A stretch of DNA of 64,000 nucleotides from Elusimicrobia bacterium RIFOXYD2_FULL_34_15 (lineage in GTDB: Bacteria; Elusimicrobiota; UBA8919): positions 14,028-78,027 of the forward strand of contig MGVS01000068.1 of NCBI GenBank assembly GCA_001800605.1, read 5' to 3'. Position numbers and translations under genes: made by a program. Position 1 is the stretch's first letter. The number at the start of each line of letters is the position of its first letter. Below the pieces are notes generated by a model that was not told the origin of the DNA, ran no database searches, and saw only the letters and a program-made list of their open reading frames with translations. Shown here one piece after another: positions 18,994 to 28,276 of this stretch.

Positions 18994-20595
18994 ATGAATA
19001 CTAAACCGAAAGTGTTATTGGTTCATCCGGCAAGTAAATCAAGAGGGTTTGCTTTTCCCATAGGATTGCTTTATGTTGCGCAATCGCTGATTAAAACAGA
19101 TATTGACGTTTCATTTGTTCATCTTGGAATTGACAGTGTTAAAAACATAAAACTTGAAAATTACCTTTTTGTCGGAATTAGTATGCTTACCAGCAAGATG
19201 ATATTGGACGGATTACATGTTGCAAAATTAGTAAAAAATTACAATAAAAATATCCCTATTGTTCTTGGCGGGGTTCATCCGTCGCTGCTCCCTGAAGAAT
19301 CCCTGCAAAACGAACTCGTTGATATTGTCGTTATAGGAGAAGGGGAAAAAACGGTACAAGAACTTGCCGTCTGCCTGCAAAATAAAGGTGATTTATCTAA
19401 AATAAACGGAATTGCCTTTAAAGACAATACAGGAAAAATAGTTGTGAATCCACCCCGTGATTTTATTGATATGAATGAATTGGACTTTGACCTTCCGTAT
19501 CACCTTTTGGGTAATAACATTTCATTATCGTATGAGCTTCCTCTTCACACTTCTCGGGGTTGTCCTTATAAATGCAGTTTTTGTTACAGTCCAGCTTTTC
19601 ATAAACGAAAATACAGATGTAAGAGTGCCGAGAGAGTTGTTGAGGAAATAGAATATCTTTATAAAAAATATAATATAAAAAGATTCGATGCCGGATATGA
19701 GGATGAATTCTTTCTAGATGTCAACAGAACTTATAAAATATTTAGTACTATTCTTAAAAAGGGATTAAAAATTCGTTGGAGTTCCTTCTGTAGATTTGAC
19801 ACATTTGATAATGCAGTTAAAAAATTTGGTGCTGATTTTGTAGATACAATAAAAAAATCCGGGTGCGACTATCTGGCTCTAGGCGCAGAATCAGGCTCTC
19901 AAAGATTATTGGATGAAATTATTAAGAAAGATATTAAAATTGAACAAATTTTAAGAGCTGTTGATTGGCTGAAAAAATATAACATACCTCACAGAGTAGG
20001 TTTTACATGCTGTTATCCTACCGAAACACAAGAAGATTTAAACGCTACCTTTGATCTTATTGATAAAATATCTTATAACAATTCAAATATGATATTAGGA
20101 ATTGGAAGGTTGATTCCATTGCCCGGAACTTCGGTTTTTGAATTATTAAAAAAAGAATATAACTACAAACCACCTTCTACCTTAGTAGGTTGGGGTGAAT
20201 ATAATCCATTTGATTCGTATAAAGAAGCTACATGGCTTTCTGAAAAACATGTAAAAATGTGTCATAATATGAGTTTATTAGCCGCCCCAGGTTTTGTTTT
20301 TTACAAAGATTTCAAATCTTATAAAATGTACAGAGAATTTATTTCCAGTTCAAATTCCGCTACCGTTTACCCGACAGGATATGTAGGTTATCTGATAACT
20401 AAAATTCAAAGATGGCGGTATAAGAAAAGAAAATTTAATAATATGATAGAGTCAATTTTATTTAATAAATTTAGAAAAATGCAGTTTTCTATGAAAAGAT
20501 ATATTGTCAATATTATTCTTAGAAAATATTTATCTCAAAAAGCCTACCAAAGATTGAAAATTTGGTTTGGCAATAAAAATGTGACAGAAAAATAG
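18994..20595 (+). CDS. B12-binding radical SAM enzyme 2
   Basis: FPIGLLY, LGGVHPS, GEGE; SRGCPYKCSFC; GAESGSQR; PLPGT. Confidence 0.9.
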   Translation: MNTKPKVLLVHPASKSRGFAFPIGLLYVAQSLIKTDIDVSFVHLGIDSVKNIKLENYLFVGISMLTSKMILDGLHVAKLVKNYNKNIPIVLGGVHPSLLPEESLQNELVDIVVIGEGEKTVQELAVCLQNKGDLSKINGIAFKDNTGKIVVNPPRDFIDMNELDFDLPYHLLGNNISLSYELPLHTSRGCPYKCSFCYSPAFHKRKYRCKSAERVVEEIEYLYKKYNIKRFDAGYEDEFFLDVNRTYKIFSTILKKGLKIRWSSFCRFDTFDNAVKKFGADFVDTIKKSGCDYLALGAESGSQRLLDEIIKKDIKIEQILRAVDWLKKYNIPHRVGFTCCYPTETQEDLNATFDLIDKISYNNSNMILGIGRLIPLPGTSVFELLKKEYNYKPPSTLVGWGEYNPFDSYKEATWLSEKHVKMCHNMSLLAAPGFVFYKDFKSYKMYREFISSSNSATVYPTGYVGYLITKIQRWRYKKRKFNNMIESILFNKFRKMQFSMKRYIVNIILRKYLSQKAYQRLKIWFGNKNVTEK

Positions 20596-20602
20596 GATAT
20601 TT

Positions 20603-21601
20603 ATGATTATAACAAGAACGCCTCATAGAATATCGTTTTTCGGCGGCGGAACAGATTATCCTTCATGGTATCTAAAAAACGACGGGAAAGTGCTCGGCGT
20701 TGCAATTGATAAGTATTGCTATCTAATCGTCCGTAAACTGCCGCCTTTTTTTGAAAATAAATACAAAATTGTATATTCGCAGATGGAATTTCCAAAAACC
20801 ATAGACGAAATTAAACATCCTTCTGTAAGAGAAACTCTTAAATATTTTAATTATAAAGAAGGAGTTTCTATACACCACGACGGCGATATTCCTGCAAGAT
20901 CCGGGATGGGTTCAAGCTCTGCTTTTACCGTAGGTTTATTAAAAGCTATGTATGCGCTTGAAGGGAATATTATTTCGAAAAGTGATTTATTTAAACTTGC
21001 AATAAATATTGAACAAAATATCATAAAAGAAAATGTCGGTTCCCAGGACCAGGTTTTTGCTGCTTATGGGGGATTAAATAAGATTGATTTTTTAAAAAGC
21101 GGTGAAATCGTTGTAACTCCGGTAGTTTTAAAACAAGAAAATTTATCACTGTTCGACAAAAAATTTATGCTTTTTTTTACTGGAATATCGCGTAACGCAT
21201 CCGATATAGCAGAAGAACAGATAAAAAATACAAATAAAAATGAAAATGAACTTTTTAAACTAAGCAAACTTGTTGACGATGCTTATGATATTTTAACATC
21301 ATCAAAACCTGAGTTTGGATTATTCGGGAAACTTCTTAACGAAACATGGAAATTAAAACGAAGCCTGTCGGCAAAAATAAGCAATAGTTTAATAGATAAT
21401 ATTTATGATACTGCTATGAAAAATGGAGCAGCAGGAGGAAAATTGCTTGGTGCGGGAGGCGGCGGTTTTATGCTTTTTTATGTAGAACCTGAAAATCAAG
21501 TGAAAGTAAAAAATGCATTGAAAAATTTAATTAATATAACTTTTGAGTTTGATTTTTCCGGTTCTGAAATAATAGTTTATAAACCGGAATTTTATAAATA
21601 A
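20603..21601 (+). CDS. hddA: GHMP kinase, D-glycero-alpha-D-manno-heptose 7-phosphate kinase-like
   Basis: RISFFGGGTD, DIPARSGMGSSS, GSQDQ..AAYGG, GGKLLGAGGGGF. Confidence 0.85.
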   Translation: MIITRTPHRISFFGGGTDYPSWYLKNDGKVLGVAIDKYCYLIVRKLPPFFENKYKIVYSQMEFPKTIDEIKHPSVRETLKYFNYKEGVSIHHDGDIPARSGMGSSSAFTVGLLKAMYALEGNIISKSDLFKLAINIEQNIIKENVGSQDQVFAAYGGLNKIDFLKSGEIVVTPVVLKQENLSLFDKKFMLFFTGISRNASDIAEEQIKNTNKNENELFKLSKLVDDAYDILTSSKPEFGLFGKLLNETWKLKRSLSAKISNSLIDNIYDTAMKNGAAGGKLLGAGGGGFMLFYVEPENQVKVKNALKNLINITFEFDFSGSEIIVYKPEFYK

Positions 21602-21603
21602 TT

Positions 21604-22023
21604 ATGAATAAGAGTTTTGAAATATACAAACATAAAAATGAAGTTATAGCAATAGTGATAAGAAGCAATTTTAAAGGCAAAGATATGCGGTTCTTTACTG
21701 AAGACAGTTCTTCGCAGCAACTTGCATTTATATCGCATAAAAAGGGGAAAATAATAGAACCGCACAGGCATAATAAAATTAAAAGAGAAATATATTACAC
21801 ACAGGAAGTAGACATTCTAAAGAAAGGAAAGATAAAAGTATATCTTTATACAAAAAATGGTGAATTTTTCAAAAATGTAATTCTTAACAGCGGCGATTTA
21901 ATACTATTTGCTTCCGGCGGACACGGTTATAGGGTTATTAAGGATATCGAGATGATACTTGTTAAACAAGGTCCCTATGCGGGAGATAAAGATAAAACAT
22001 ACATAGACGATGATTTATCTTAA
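21604..22023 (+). CDS. Small cupin-fold protein of nucleotide-sugar loci
   Basis: PHRH..TQEV..GD...ASGGHG..VKQGPY metal-binding cupin pattern. Confidence 0.65.
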   Translation: MNKSFEIYKHKNEVIAIVIRSNFKGKDMRFFTEDSSSQQLAFISHKKGKIIEPHRHNKIKREIYYTQEVDILKKGKIKVYLYTKNGEFFKNVILNSGDLILFASGGHGYRVIKDIEMILVKQGPYAGDKDKTYIDDDLS

Positions 22024-22029
22024 TTTTTT

Positions 22030-22962
22030 ATGAATAAAGATTCTAAAATTTATATCGCAGGGCATAACGGACTTGTAGGTTCCGCCTTGGTTAAAAAATT
22101 AAAAGAAGAGGGCTTTCTAAATATCATTACCCGCTCTTCATTAGAATTGAATCTTGTAAATCAAAAAGAAGTAGAGGATTTTTTTAATAATGAAAAACCC
22201 GATTATGTATTTTTACTTGCAGCAAGCGTCGGAGGCATTATTGAAAACAGAGAAAAACCGGCTAATTTCATTTATCCTAATTTATTAATAGAAAGTAACA
22301 TAATTAACTCCGCATGGAAATCAAATGTAAAAAAGTTAATATTTTTGGCTTGTTCAATTATTTATCCGAAAGAATGCCAGCAACCGTTAAAAGAGGAATA
22401 TCTACTATCCGGTTATCCTGAGCCGACTAATCTTGCACATACCATTGCCAAAATTGCAGGTATTGTATTATGCCAATCTTATAACAAACAATACAAAACA
22501 AATTTTATCTCCTGTGTAGCGTCAAACATATTCGGTCCTAATGATAATTTCGATCAAACAGCAGGGCATGTAATACCCGCTTTTATAAGTAAATTTCATA
22601 ATGCAAAAATAAATAATGAACCAAGCGTAACTATGTGGGGAACGGGAAAACCGTTGAGAGATTTTATTTATGTAGATGATGTTGTAAATGCATGCCTATT
22701 TCTTACAGAAAAATATGATTCTTCTGAAATTATAAATGTCGGCTCAGGGAAAGATATTTCCATAGGAGAACTTGCAGAATTAATTAAAGAAGTTACAGGA
22801 TATAATGGTAAAATTATATTTGATACCACAAAACCTGACGGTGCACCCAAAAGATTACTTGATAACAGCAAGATAAGTTTGTTGGGTTGGCAATTAAATG
22901 TTCCATTAAAAGAAGGTTTAGAAAATACTTATAATTGGTGGCTGAATAAGTTTTTAAAGTGA
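22030..22962 (+). CDS. GDP-L-fucose synthase-like extended SDR with non-canonical active site
   Basis: AGHNGLVG, AASVGGI, FGPNDNF..HVIP, WGTGKPLRDF, KPDG; catalytic YxxxK reads HTIAK. Confidence 0.85.
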   Translation: MNKDSKIYIAGHNGLVGSALVKKLKEEGFLNIITRSSLELNLVNQKEVEDFFNNEKPDYVFLLAASVGGIIENREKPANFIYPNLLIESNIINSAWKSNVKKLIFLACSIIYPKECQQPLKEEYLLSGYPEPTNLAHTIAKIAGIVLCQSYNKQYKTNFISCVASNIFGPNDNFDQTAGHVIPAFISKFHNAKINNEPSVTMWGTGKPLRDFIYVDDVVNACLFLTEKYDSSEIINVGSGKDISIGELAELIKEVTGYNGKIIFDTTKPDGAPKRLLDNSKISLLGWQLNVPLKEGLENTYNWWLNKFLK

Positions 22963-22972
22963 GGATTAGAAA

Positions 22973-23950
22973 ATGAAAGTATTAATTACCGGTATTACCG
23001 GATTTGCCGGAAGTTATTTAGCTGATTATATTTTAGGCTTGGATAAAAATATTGAGGTTTACGGTACTAAAAGATATACTAGCTCGCTTAAAAATATAAA
23101 ACATATTCAAAATAAAATTACATTGTTGGAATGTGAATTACGGGATCAGAATTGTGTTGACGAAATTGTTTCAAAAATAAGACCCGATAAGATATTTCAC
23201 TTAGCAGCACAAACATATATTCCTGCAAGTTTCGCATATCCTCTAGATACTATTGTTACTAATATAACCAGCACAATGGCACTTTTAGAAGCTGTAAGAA
23301 AGTTTAAAACTGAATCTATTATTCATTTTTGCAGCAGTTCGGAAGTCTATGGCAGAGTTGAAAAATACGAAGTTCCTATTAACGAAAATAATCAAATGCG
23401 GCCTCAAAACCCGTATGCAGTAAGTAAATCCGCCTGTGATTTACTTGTCCAGCAATATTATGCTTCATATAAACTAAAAGTGTTAATAAGTAGAACCTTT
23501 GGATATATAGGACCCAGGGCAAAAGACGTTTTTGCATATTCTTCTTTTGCTAAACAAATTGTCGAGATTGAAAAAGGATTGAGAGAACCCGTTATTTACG
23601 TCGGAAATCTAAAATCTGTCAGAACTTTTCTGGATATCCGGGATGTAGCGGAAGCATACTGGCTTTTAACGGAGAAGTGCACTTACGGAGATGTTTATGT
23701 AATCGGCAGCAATGTTACAATGGAAATAAGTGAACTTTTATATAAATTACTTGATTTAAGCACTGTCGGTAAAAAGGTAAAAGTTGAAGTTGATAAAAAA
23801 TTACTGCGTCCTTCAGATGTCACACTACAGATTCCTGATAGTTCAAAATTCATTAAACAAACCGGTTGGACTCCTAAAATTTCTTTTGAACAAAGTATGC
23901 AGGATTTGCTAAATTATTGGAGAAATGAACTTGGAGATAACAAATGCTAA
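22973..23950 (+). CDS. GDP-mannose/GDP-heptose 4,6-dehydratase-like SDR (Gmd/Rmd family)
   Basis: TGITGFAG, HLAAQ, SSSEVYG, PYAVSK, VGNL...R.F.D.RD, LRPSDV. Confidence 0.82.
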   Translation: MKVLITGITGFAGSYLADYILGLDKNIEVYGTKRYTSSLKNIKHIQNKITLLECELRDQNCVDEIVSKIRPDKIFHLAAQTYIPASFAYPLDTIVTNITSTMALLEAVRKFKTESIIHFCSSSEVYGRVEKYEVPINENNQMRPQNPYAVSKSACDLLVQQYYASYKLKVLISRTFGYIGPRAKDVFAYSSFAKQIVEIEKGLREPVIYVGNLKSVRTFLDIRDVAEAYWLLTEKCTYGDVYVIGSNVTMEISELLYKLLDLSTVGKKVKVEVDKKLLRPSDVTLQIPDSSKFIKQTGWTPKISFEQSMQDLLNYWRNELGDNKC

Positions 23951-24879
23951 AAATACTTGTTACAGGCGGGGCCGGTTATATCGGTTCCGTTTTGGTTCCT
24001 AAATTGTTACAAAATGGATTTGAAGTTGCTGTTGTCGATAATTTTACATATTCACAAAATTCCCTTGCTGATTGCTGTTACAATGACAATTTCAGTGTTA
24101 TACGCGGTGATGTACGCGACGAAAATCTTATGAAGTCGTTGCTTGAAAGTCCGGATATCATTATACCATTAGCTGCACTTGTCGGTGCTCCTTTATGTGA
24201 TAATGACAGAATTGGCGCAAAAACTATTAATACAGATGCGGTAAAATTTATCGCCGATAATACAAGCAAAAATCAACGGATTATAATACCGACTACTAAC
24301 AGCGGATACGGTATCGGACAAAAAGACAAATTTTGTACAGAAAAAACACCTTTAAATCCGATATCATTATACGGAACAACAAAAATGGAAGCTGAAAAAT
24401 CCGTATTGGATAGAGGTAATTCTATCAGTTTCCGCCTGGCAACAGTATTCGGAATGTCACCGAGAATGCGGCTTGATTTGATGGTCAACGATTTTGTTTA
24501 TCGTGCTGTTAACGACAGGTTTATCGTTTTATTTGAGGGGCATTTTAAAAGAAATTTTATACATATAAGAGATGTTGTTCGTGCATTCGAACATGCTATA
24601 AAGAATTTCGAAAAAATGAAAAATGAACCCTATAATGTCGGATTATCTGAAGCGAACCTTTCTAAACTTGAACTTTGTGAAAAAATAAAAAAATATATTC
24701 CGGATTTTGTTTACCTTGAAGCACCGGTAGGTGAAGATAAAGATAAAAGAGATTATATTGTCTCAAACGAAAAAATAGAAAAAACCGGTTTTAAACCGGA
24801 ATTTTCTCTCGATATTGGCATAAAAGAACTAATCAAGGGTTATAAAATAATAAAAAATACAAAATATGGAAACGTTTAA
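23944..24879 (+). CDS. NAD-dependent SDR resembling Campylobacter Cj1427 GDP-heptose C4-dehydrogenase
   Basis: TGGAGYIGS, IIPLAALVGAPLC, TNSGYGIG, FRLATVFG.SPRMRLDL.VNDF, GED.DKRDY recalled as matching Cj1427; YGTTK intact. Confidence 0.8.
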   Translation: MLKILVTGGAGYIGSVLVPKLLQNGFEVAVVDNFTYSQNSLADCCYNDNFSVIRGDVRDENLMKSLLESPDIIIPLAALVGAPLCDNDRIGAKTINTDAVKFIADNTSKNQRIIIPTTNSGYGIGQKDKFCTEKTPLNPISLYGTTKMEAEKSVLDRGNSISFRLATVFGMSPRMRLDLMVNDFVYRAVNDRFIVLFEGHFKRNFIHIRDVVRAFEHAIKNFEKMKNEPYNVGLSEANLSKLELCEKIKKYIPDFVYLEAPVGEDKDKRDYIVSNEKIEKTGFKPEFSLDIGIKELIKGYKIIKNTKYGNV

Positions 24880-24885
24880 AAATAT

Positions 24886-25725
24886 ATGATTCATCAAATA
24901 TGTAAAGATATTATAAAGCAGTTAAATATCAATAAATTTATTGAAACCGGCACTCACTTAGGCGGAACCGTCGCTGAAGTCAGCAGCTGGTTCCAAAACC
25001 TGGATCCGGATTTTGGAACTATTAAAACCAGCATAGCCGGTCCGCAACTTAACAAATTTGTCAGCCCTGAACAAAATATTTACCGTTATCCGGTTTTTGA
25101 AAATTCTTCTGATAAAGCAAAAACAAAACTTTATTCTATAGATATAGATAAACAAAGACAAAATATATTGCAAACTTTGTTTCAGAGCAATCCTAATATA
25201 AAATTAATTTCTGACTATTCTGATAAGTTCATAAAAAAAATGATAGATACAAATTTGATTTCGGATGAAGATAATTGTTTTTTTTATCTTGATGCACACG
25301 GAGGCGAATCCTGGCCTCTTAGAGATGAAATAAGTGAAATACTGAAATTAAAACGTTCTATTATTTCTATTGATGATTTTGTTGTACCTTTCCAGCCTAA
25401 TGCAGGATTTGATGTCTATGGAAATAAAATTTGCGACTGGTATTATATCAAAGATTTGTTTGAAAACCATAAAACATATTTATATTATCCTAATAAACCT
25501 GATACTGATAACAGGGGAAAGGTTTTCATTTTTGTAGGATACAACAAGAACGAATTAAAGTTTATGGAAAAATTACCCTGTTTTAAACCTCTATTTAAAG
25601 GCGATTTGTATATAACAACCTTAAAAGTCAGGTTGATTCATACCAAATTATATTCTTCAATAGAAAAAACAAAACTTTATTCTTTAATAAGAAAGAATAT
25701 ATTTAAGAAAATAGGAATATCATAA
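24886..25725 (+). CDS. Class I SAM-dependent methyltransferase-like protein
   Basis: FIETGT..G.T motif I-like segment, SIDID, FYLDAH, IDDF. Confidence 0.55.
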   Translation: MIHQICKDIIKQLNINKFIETGTHLGGTVAEVSSWFQNLDPDFGTIKTSIAGPQLNKFVSPEQNIYRYPVFENSSDKAKTKLYSIDIDKQRQNILQTLFQSNPNIKLISDYSDKFIKKMIDTNLISDEDNCFFYLDAHGGESWPLRDEISEILKLKRSIISIDDFVVPFQPNAGFDVYGNKICDWYYIKDLFENHKTYLYYPNKPDTDNRGKVFIFVGYNKNELKFMEKLPCFKPLFKGDLYITTLKVRLIHTKLYSSIEKTKLYSLIRKNIFKKIGIS

Positions 25726-25728
25726 TTT

Positions 25729-26634
25729 ATGCGTTCACCTACTTACGGAATTATCCCGAATATAGCAAAATCTATCAAGAGCGACATATTGCTTCAAATT
25801 TTCAATAATATGTGTCGTGTCAGATATTTTGAGTTAGGTTTGATTGAAGCATTCAAAGAAAAAATTTTTGATAAATTTGTATATCTTTCCTCCGGTCAGG
25901 AATCCATTGCTGCATCAATGTCCCTTGTAATTCCTGATTTTATGATTTTTGCGCAGCATAGATGCCACTCTACTTATTTGTCATTTGGAGGAGATCCTGT
26001 CGCATTACGCGATGAATTGATAGGCCTGCCCAGCGGTACCAGCGGAGGCAGGGCGGGATCAAACTGCCTGCAATATCACAAAAACAACATGACTATGTTC
26101 GGACATCACGGATTAATCGGGGAAAACGTTCCTTTCGGGGTCGGAGCTGCACTTGGAAGCGGAAAACCTGTGGTGTGTTTCTTTGGTGACGGAGCTGCAG
26201 AAGAGGATTATGTTTTTGCGGCAATGGGGTTTGCCGTAACACATAAACTGCCGGTATTTTTTGTATGTGAAGATAATAATCTGTCGGTCCTTACCACTAT
26301 TGATAAGCGGCGGTCATGGAGCATGACAGAAGTAGCAAAAGGACTTGGAATGCCTGCTGTGGATATTACGGATGACCCTTGGACCGTTTACAGAAAAACA
26401 CAGGAATTAAAAGATACTCTTCCGGCTTTTATTAATATCTATACCTGCAGGGCGTATTGGCACAATAGCGTAGGAACAGACGGGCCTCCCGAATGGGACA
26501 GGTTTAAAATAGTAAAAGATGAATTAATCAAATTGGGAATGGGAAAACAAATCGAAGAGATAGAAAATAAAATTAAAACTTCAATGGAACAAATATGGGA
26601 CAAAAAACTGTTGCAGAAACTATTAAAGAAATAA
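25729..26634 (+). CDS. ThDP-dependent enzyme, E1 alpha-like subunit
   Basis: YLSSGQE, HRCH, GDGAAEE...EDNN ThDP-binding motif. Confidence 0.88.
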   Translation: MRSPTYGIIPNIAKSIKSDILLQIFNNMCRVRYFELGLIEAFKEKIFDKFVYLSSGQESIAASMSLVIPDFMIFAQHRCHSTYLSFGGDPVALRDELIGLPSGTSGGRAGSNCLQYHKNNMTMFGHHGLIGENVPFGVGAALGSGKPVVCFFGDGAAEEDYVFAAMGFAVTHKLPVFFVCEDNNLSVLTTIDKRRSWSMTEVAKGLGMPAVDITDDPWTVYRKTQELKDTLPAFINIYTCRAYWHNSVGTDGPPEWDRFKIVKDELIKLGMGKQIEEIENKIKTSMEQIWDKKLLQKLLKK

Positions 26635-27488
26635 CAAGAAAACATTTGACTGAAGACAACGGGCTTCTTCTGGGAGAAAGCATTACCGCCGTAGGATGGG
26701 TTAATAATACCGTTCCGGATTGTAAAGGTATTATTGAGCTTCCAATGACAGATGTTGCAGGCGCCGGCATTGCGGTTGGCGCTGCAATGGTCGGACGACG
26801 CCCGATATTTGTTATAAGATTTCAGGATTTTTTGGTTTTGAACGGTAGCCCTTTGATTTTCTTTGCGGCAAAAATAAAGGAACTGCACGGTAATTGCGCG
26901 CCTGTTTTTGTCAGGGCGATAGCGGCAGAAAATTTCGGGCCTTGCCACTCGGGAGTCCTTCATAGCATTTTTATGCATTTTCCCGGTTTCCGTGTCTGTT
27001 CACCGATGACGCCTGGAGAATATGAAAAAATCTGGCAGGATTATATGGAACATGACGACCCTATGATTGTTAGCGAACACCGCGCGAGCTATAAAAATAC
27101 GGAAGAGTTGAATGATGTCTTAGAAAAAAATGCAGATATAACACTTTACCCGGTTTCAGCAACAAGATTTGAAGCTGTAAAGGCGGCACAAATGCTGAAA
27201 AAGGAAGGAATAATATGCAACATTATAAATATTCTATGGCTGAAACCTTTCGAACTGACTAAACGTCTTATCGATCCTTTGACTGAAACAAAGAAAGGAC
27301 TGGTTATAGATCCGGGCCATGAAATAGCTGGCGCTTCCCGCTCAATCGCTTACGAACTTATGTATGCAACAAATTGTAAAGTCGGAGCGCTGGGTTTAGA
27401 AGATAAAACCAAATGTCTTTATGAACCGCTGCAAAACAAATATCCTGACGCGGAAAAAATTTACAAAGCAGTTAAAAATATGATTTAG
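26595..27488 (+). CDS. ThDP-dependent enzyme, E1 beta / transketolase C-terminal-like subunit
   Basis: G.AVGAAM.GRRPI, GPCHS, DPMIVSEHR, WLKPF; overlaps the alpha gene. Confidence 0.85.
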   Translation: MGQKTVAETIKEITRKHLTEDNGLLLGESITAVGWVNNTVPDCKGIIELPMTDVAGAGIAVGAAMVGRRPIFVIRFQDFLVLNGSPLIFFAAKIKELHGNCAPVFVRAIAAENFGPCHSGVLHSIFMHFPGFRVCSPMTPGEYEKIWQDYMEHDDPMIVSEHRASYKNTEELNDVLEKNADITLYPVSATRFEAVKAAQMLKKEGIICNIINILWLKPFELTKRLIDPLTETKKGLVIDPGHEIAGASRSIAYELMYATNCKVGALGLEDKTKCLYEPLQNKYPDAEKIYKAVKNMI

Positions 27489-27649
27489 ACATCCTATAAA
27501 GAAAAGGATGTCTGATTACACTGATTAAAAGGCAGATTACACAGATTATTTTAAAGGGTTCAGGTTCTAATCAGTGTAATCGGTGTTAAAAATCCCTGCC
27601 TGCCGGTAGGCAGGTGTGTAATCAGATATAATGTTAATTATATCAGGAG
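27487..27649. repeat. Composite palindromic intergenic element, copy 1
   Basis: Hairpin AGACATCCT/AGGATGTCT; GATTACAC.GATT units with inverted AATC.GTGTAATC; embedded CCTGCCTGCCGGTAGGCAGG (27595-27614); 60 bp (27574-27633) identical to 39030-39089. Confidence 0.85.
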
Positions 27650-27657
27650 AAATAATT

Positions 27658-28203
27658 ATGAAAAGAGCTGTGATAATAACAGGACAAAATTTTCAGGATG
27701 AAGAATTCATTTACCCTTTTTACCGTTTGCAGGAAGCCGGATTCAAAGTGGATGTCGCAATTAAAGACAAAGTAATCACTAAAGGAAAATACGGCGTTCC
27801 GGCCAAACCAACCATTGACACAAAAGATTTAAAGGAATCGGATTATGATTTAGTAATATTACCCGGAGGCCATGAAGCGCCGGACAGAGTAAGACAGATT
27901 AAAGAGGTTTTGGACTTTGTGAAAGCCATGTATGATAAAGGTAAAGTAATTTCCACGATTTGTCACGGCCCCTGGATCCTTATCTCTGCCGGTATCGTAA
28001 AAGGTAAAAAAATATCCGGTTATATAGGGATTAAAGACGATATTATTAACGCAGGTGCAGAATACGTCGACGCTCCTGTGGTTGTTGACGGTAACATAAT
28101 CTCTTCTCCTCACTACAAATATAACGGCGACTGGATGAGAGAAACCCTAAAAATAATAGAAGCGGATCCTTCAACTTCGCTCAGGACAAGTAAACGCGGA
28201 TAA
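27658..28203 (+). CDS. DJ-1/PfpI-family protein
   Basis: FQDEE, LPGG, ICHGPW nucleophile elbow, VVVDGNII; ATG 27658 follows an AGGAG SD, so the ORF-track start 27631 is likely too early. Confidence 0.88.
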   Translation: MKRAVIITGQNFQDEEFIYPFYRLQEAGFKVDVAIKDKVITKGKYGVPAKPTIDTKDLKESDYDLVILPGGHEAPDRVRQIKEVLDFVKAMYDKGKVISTICHGPWILISAGIVKGKKISGYIGIKDDIINAGAEYVDAPVVVDGNIISSPHYKYNGDWMRETLKIIEADPSTSLRTSKRG

Positions 28204-28263
28204 AGAAAGCTGATTTTACGCAGATGACACAAAATGTCATCCTGAGCCATAGGCTAAGGATCC
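28164..28263. repeat. REP-like inverted repeat pair overlapping the pfpI 3' end
   Basis: GGATCCTT...GCTCAGGA (28164-28186) and TCCTGAGC...AAGGATCC (28240-28263). Confidence 0.7.
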
Positions 28264-28276
28264 AGGAAGTAATTTT

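Noticed and set aside
25729..27488. Housekeeping pyruvate or branched-chain 2-oxoacid dehydrogenase
   Set aside because: No E2 or E3 nearby, the subunits are short and divergent, and they are embedded among NDP-sugar genes.
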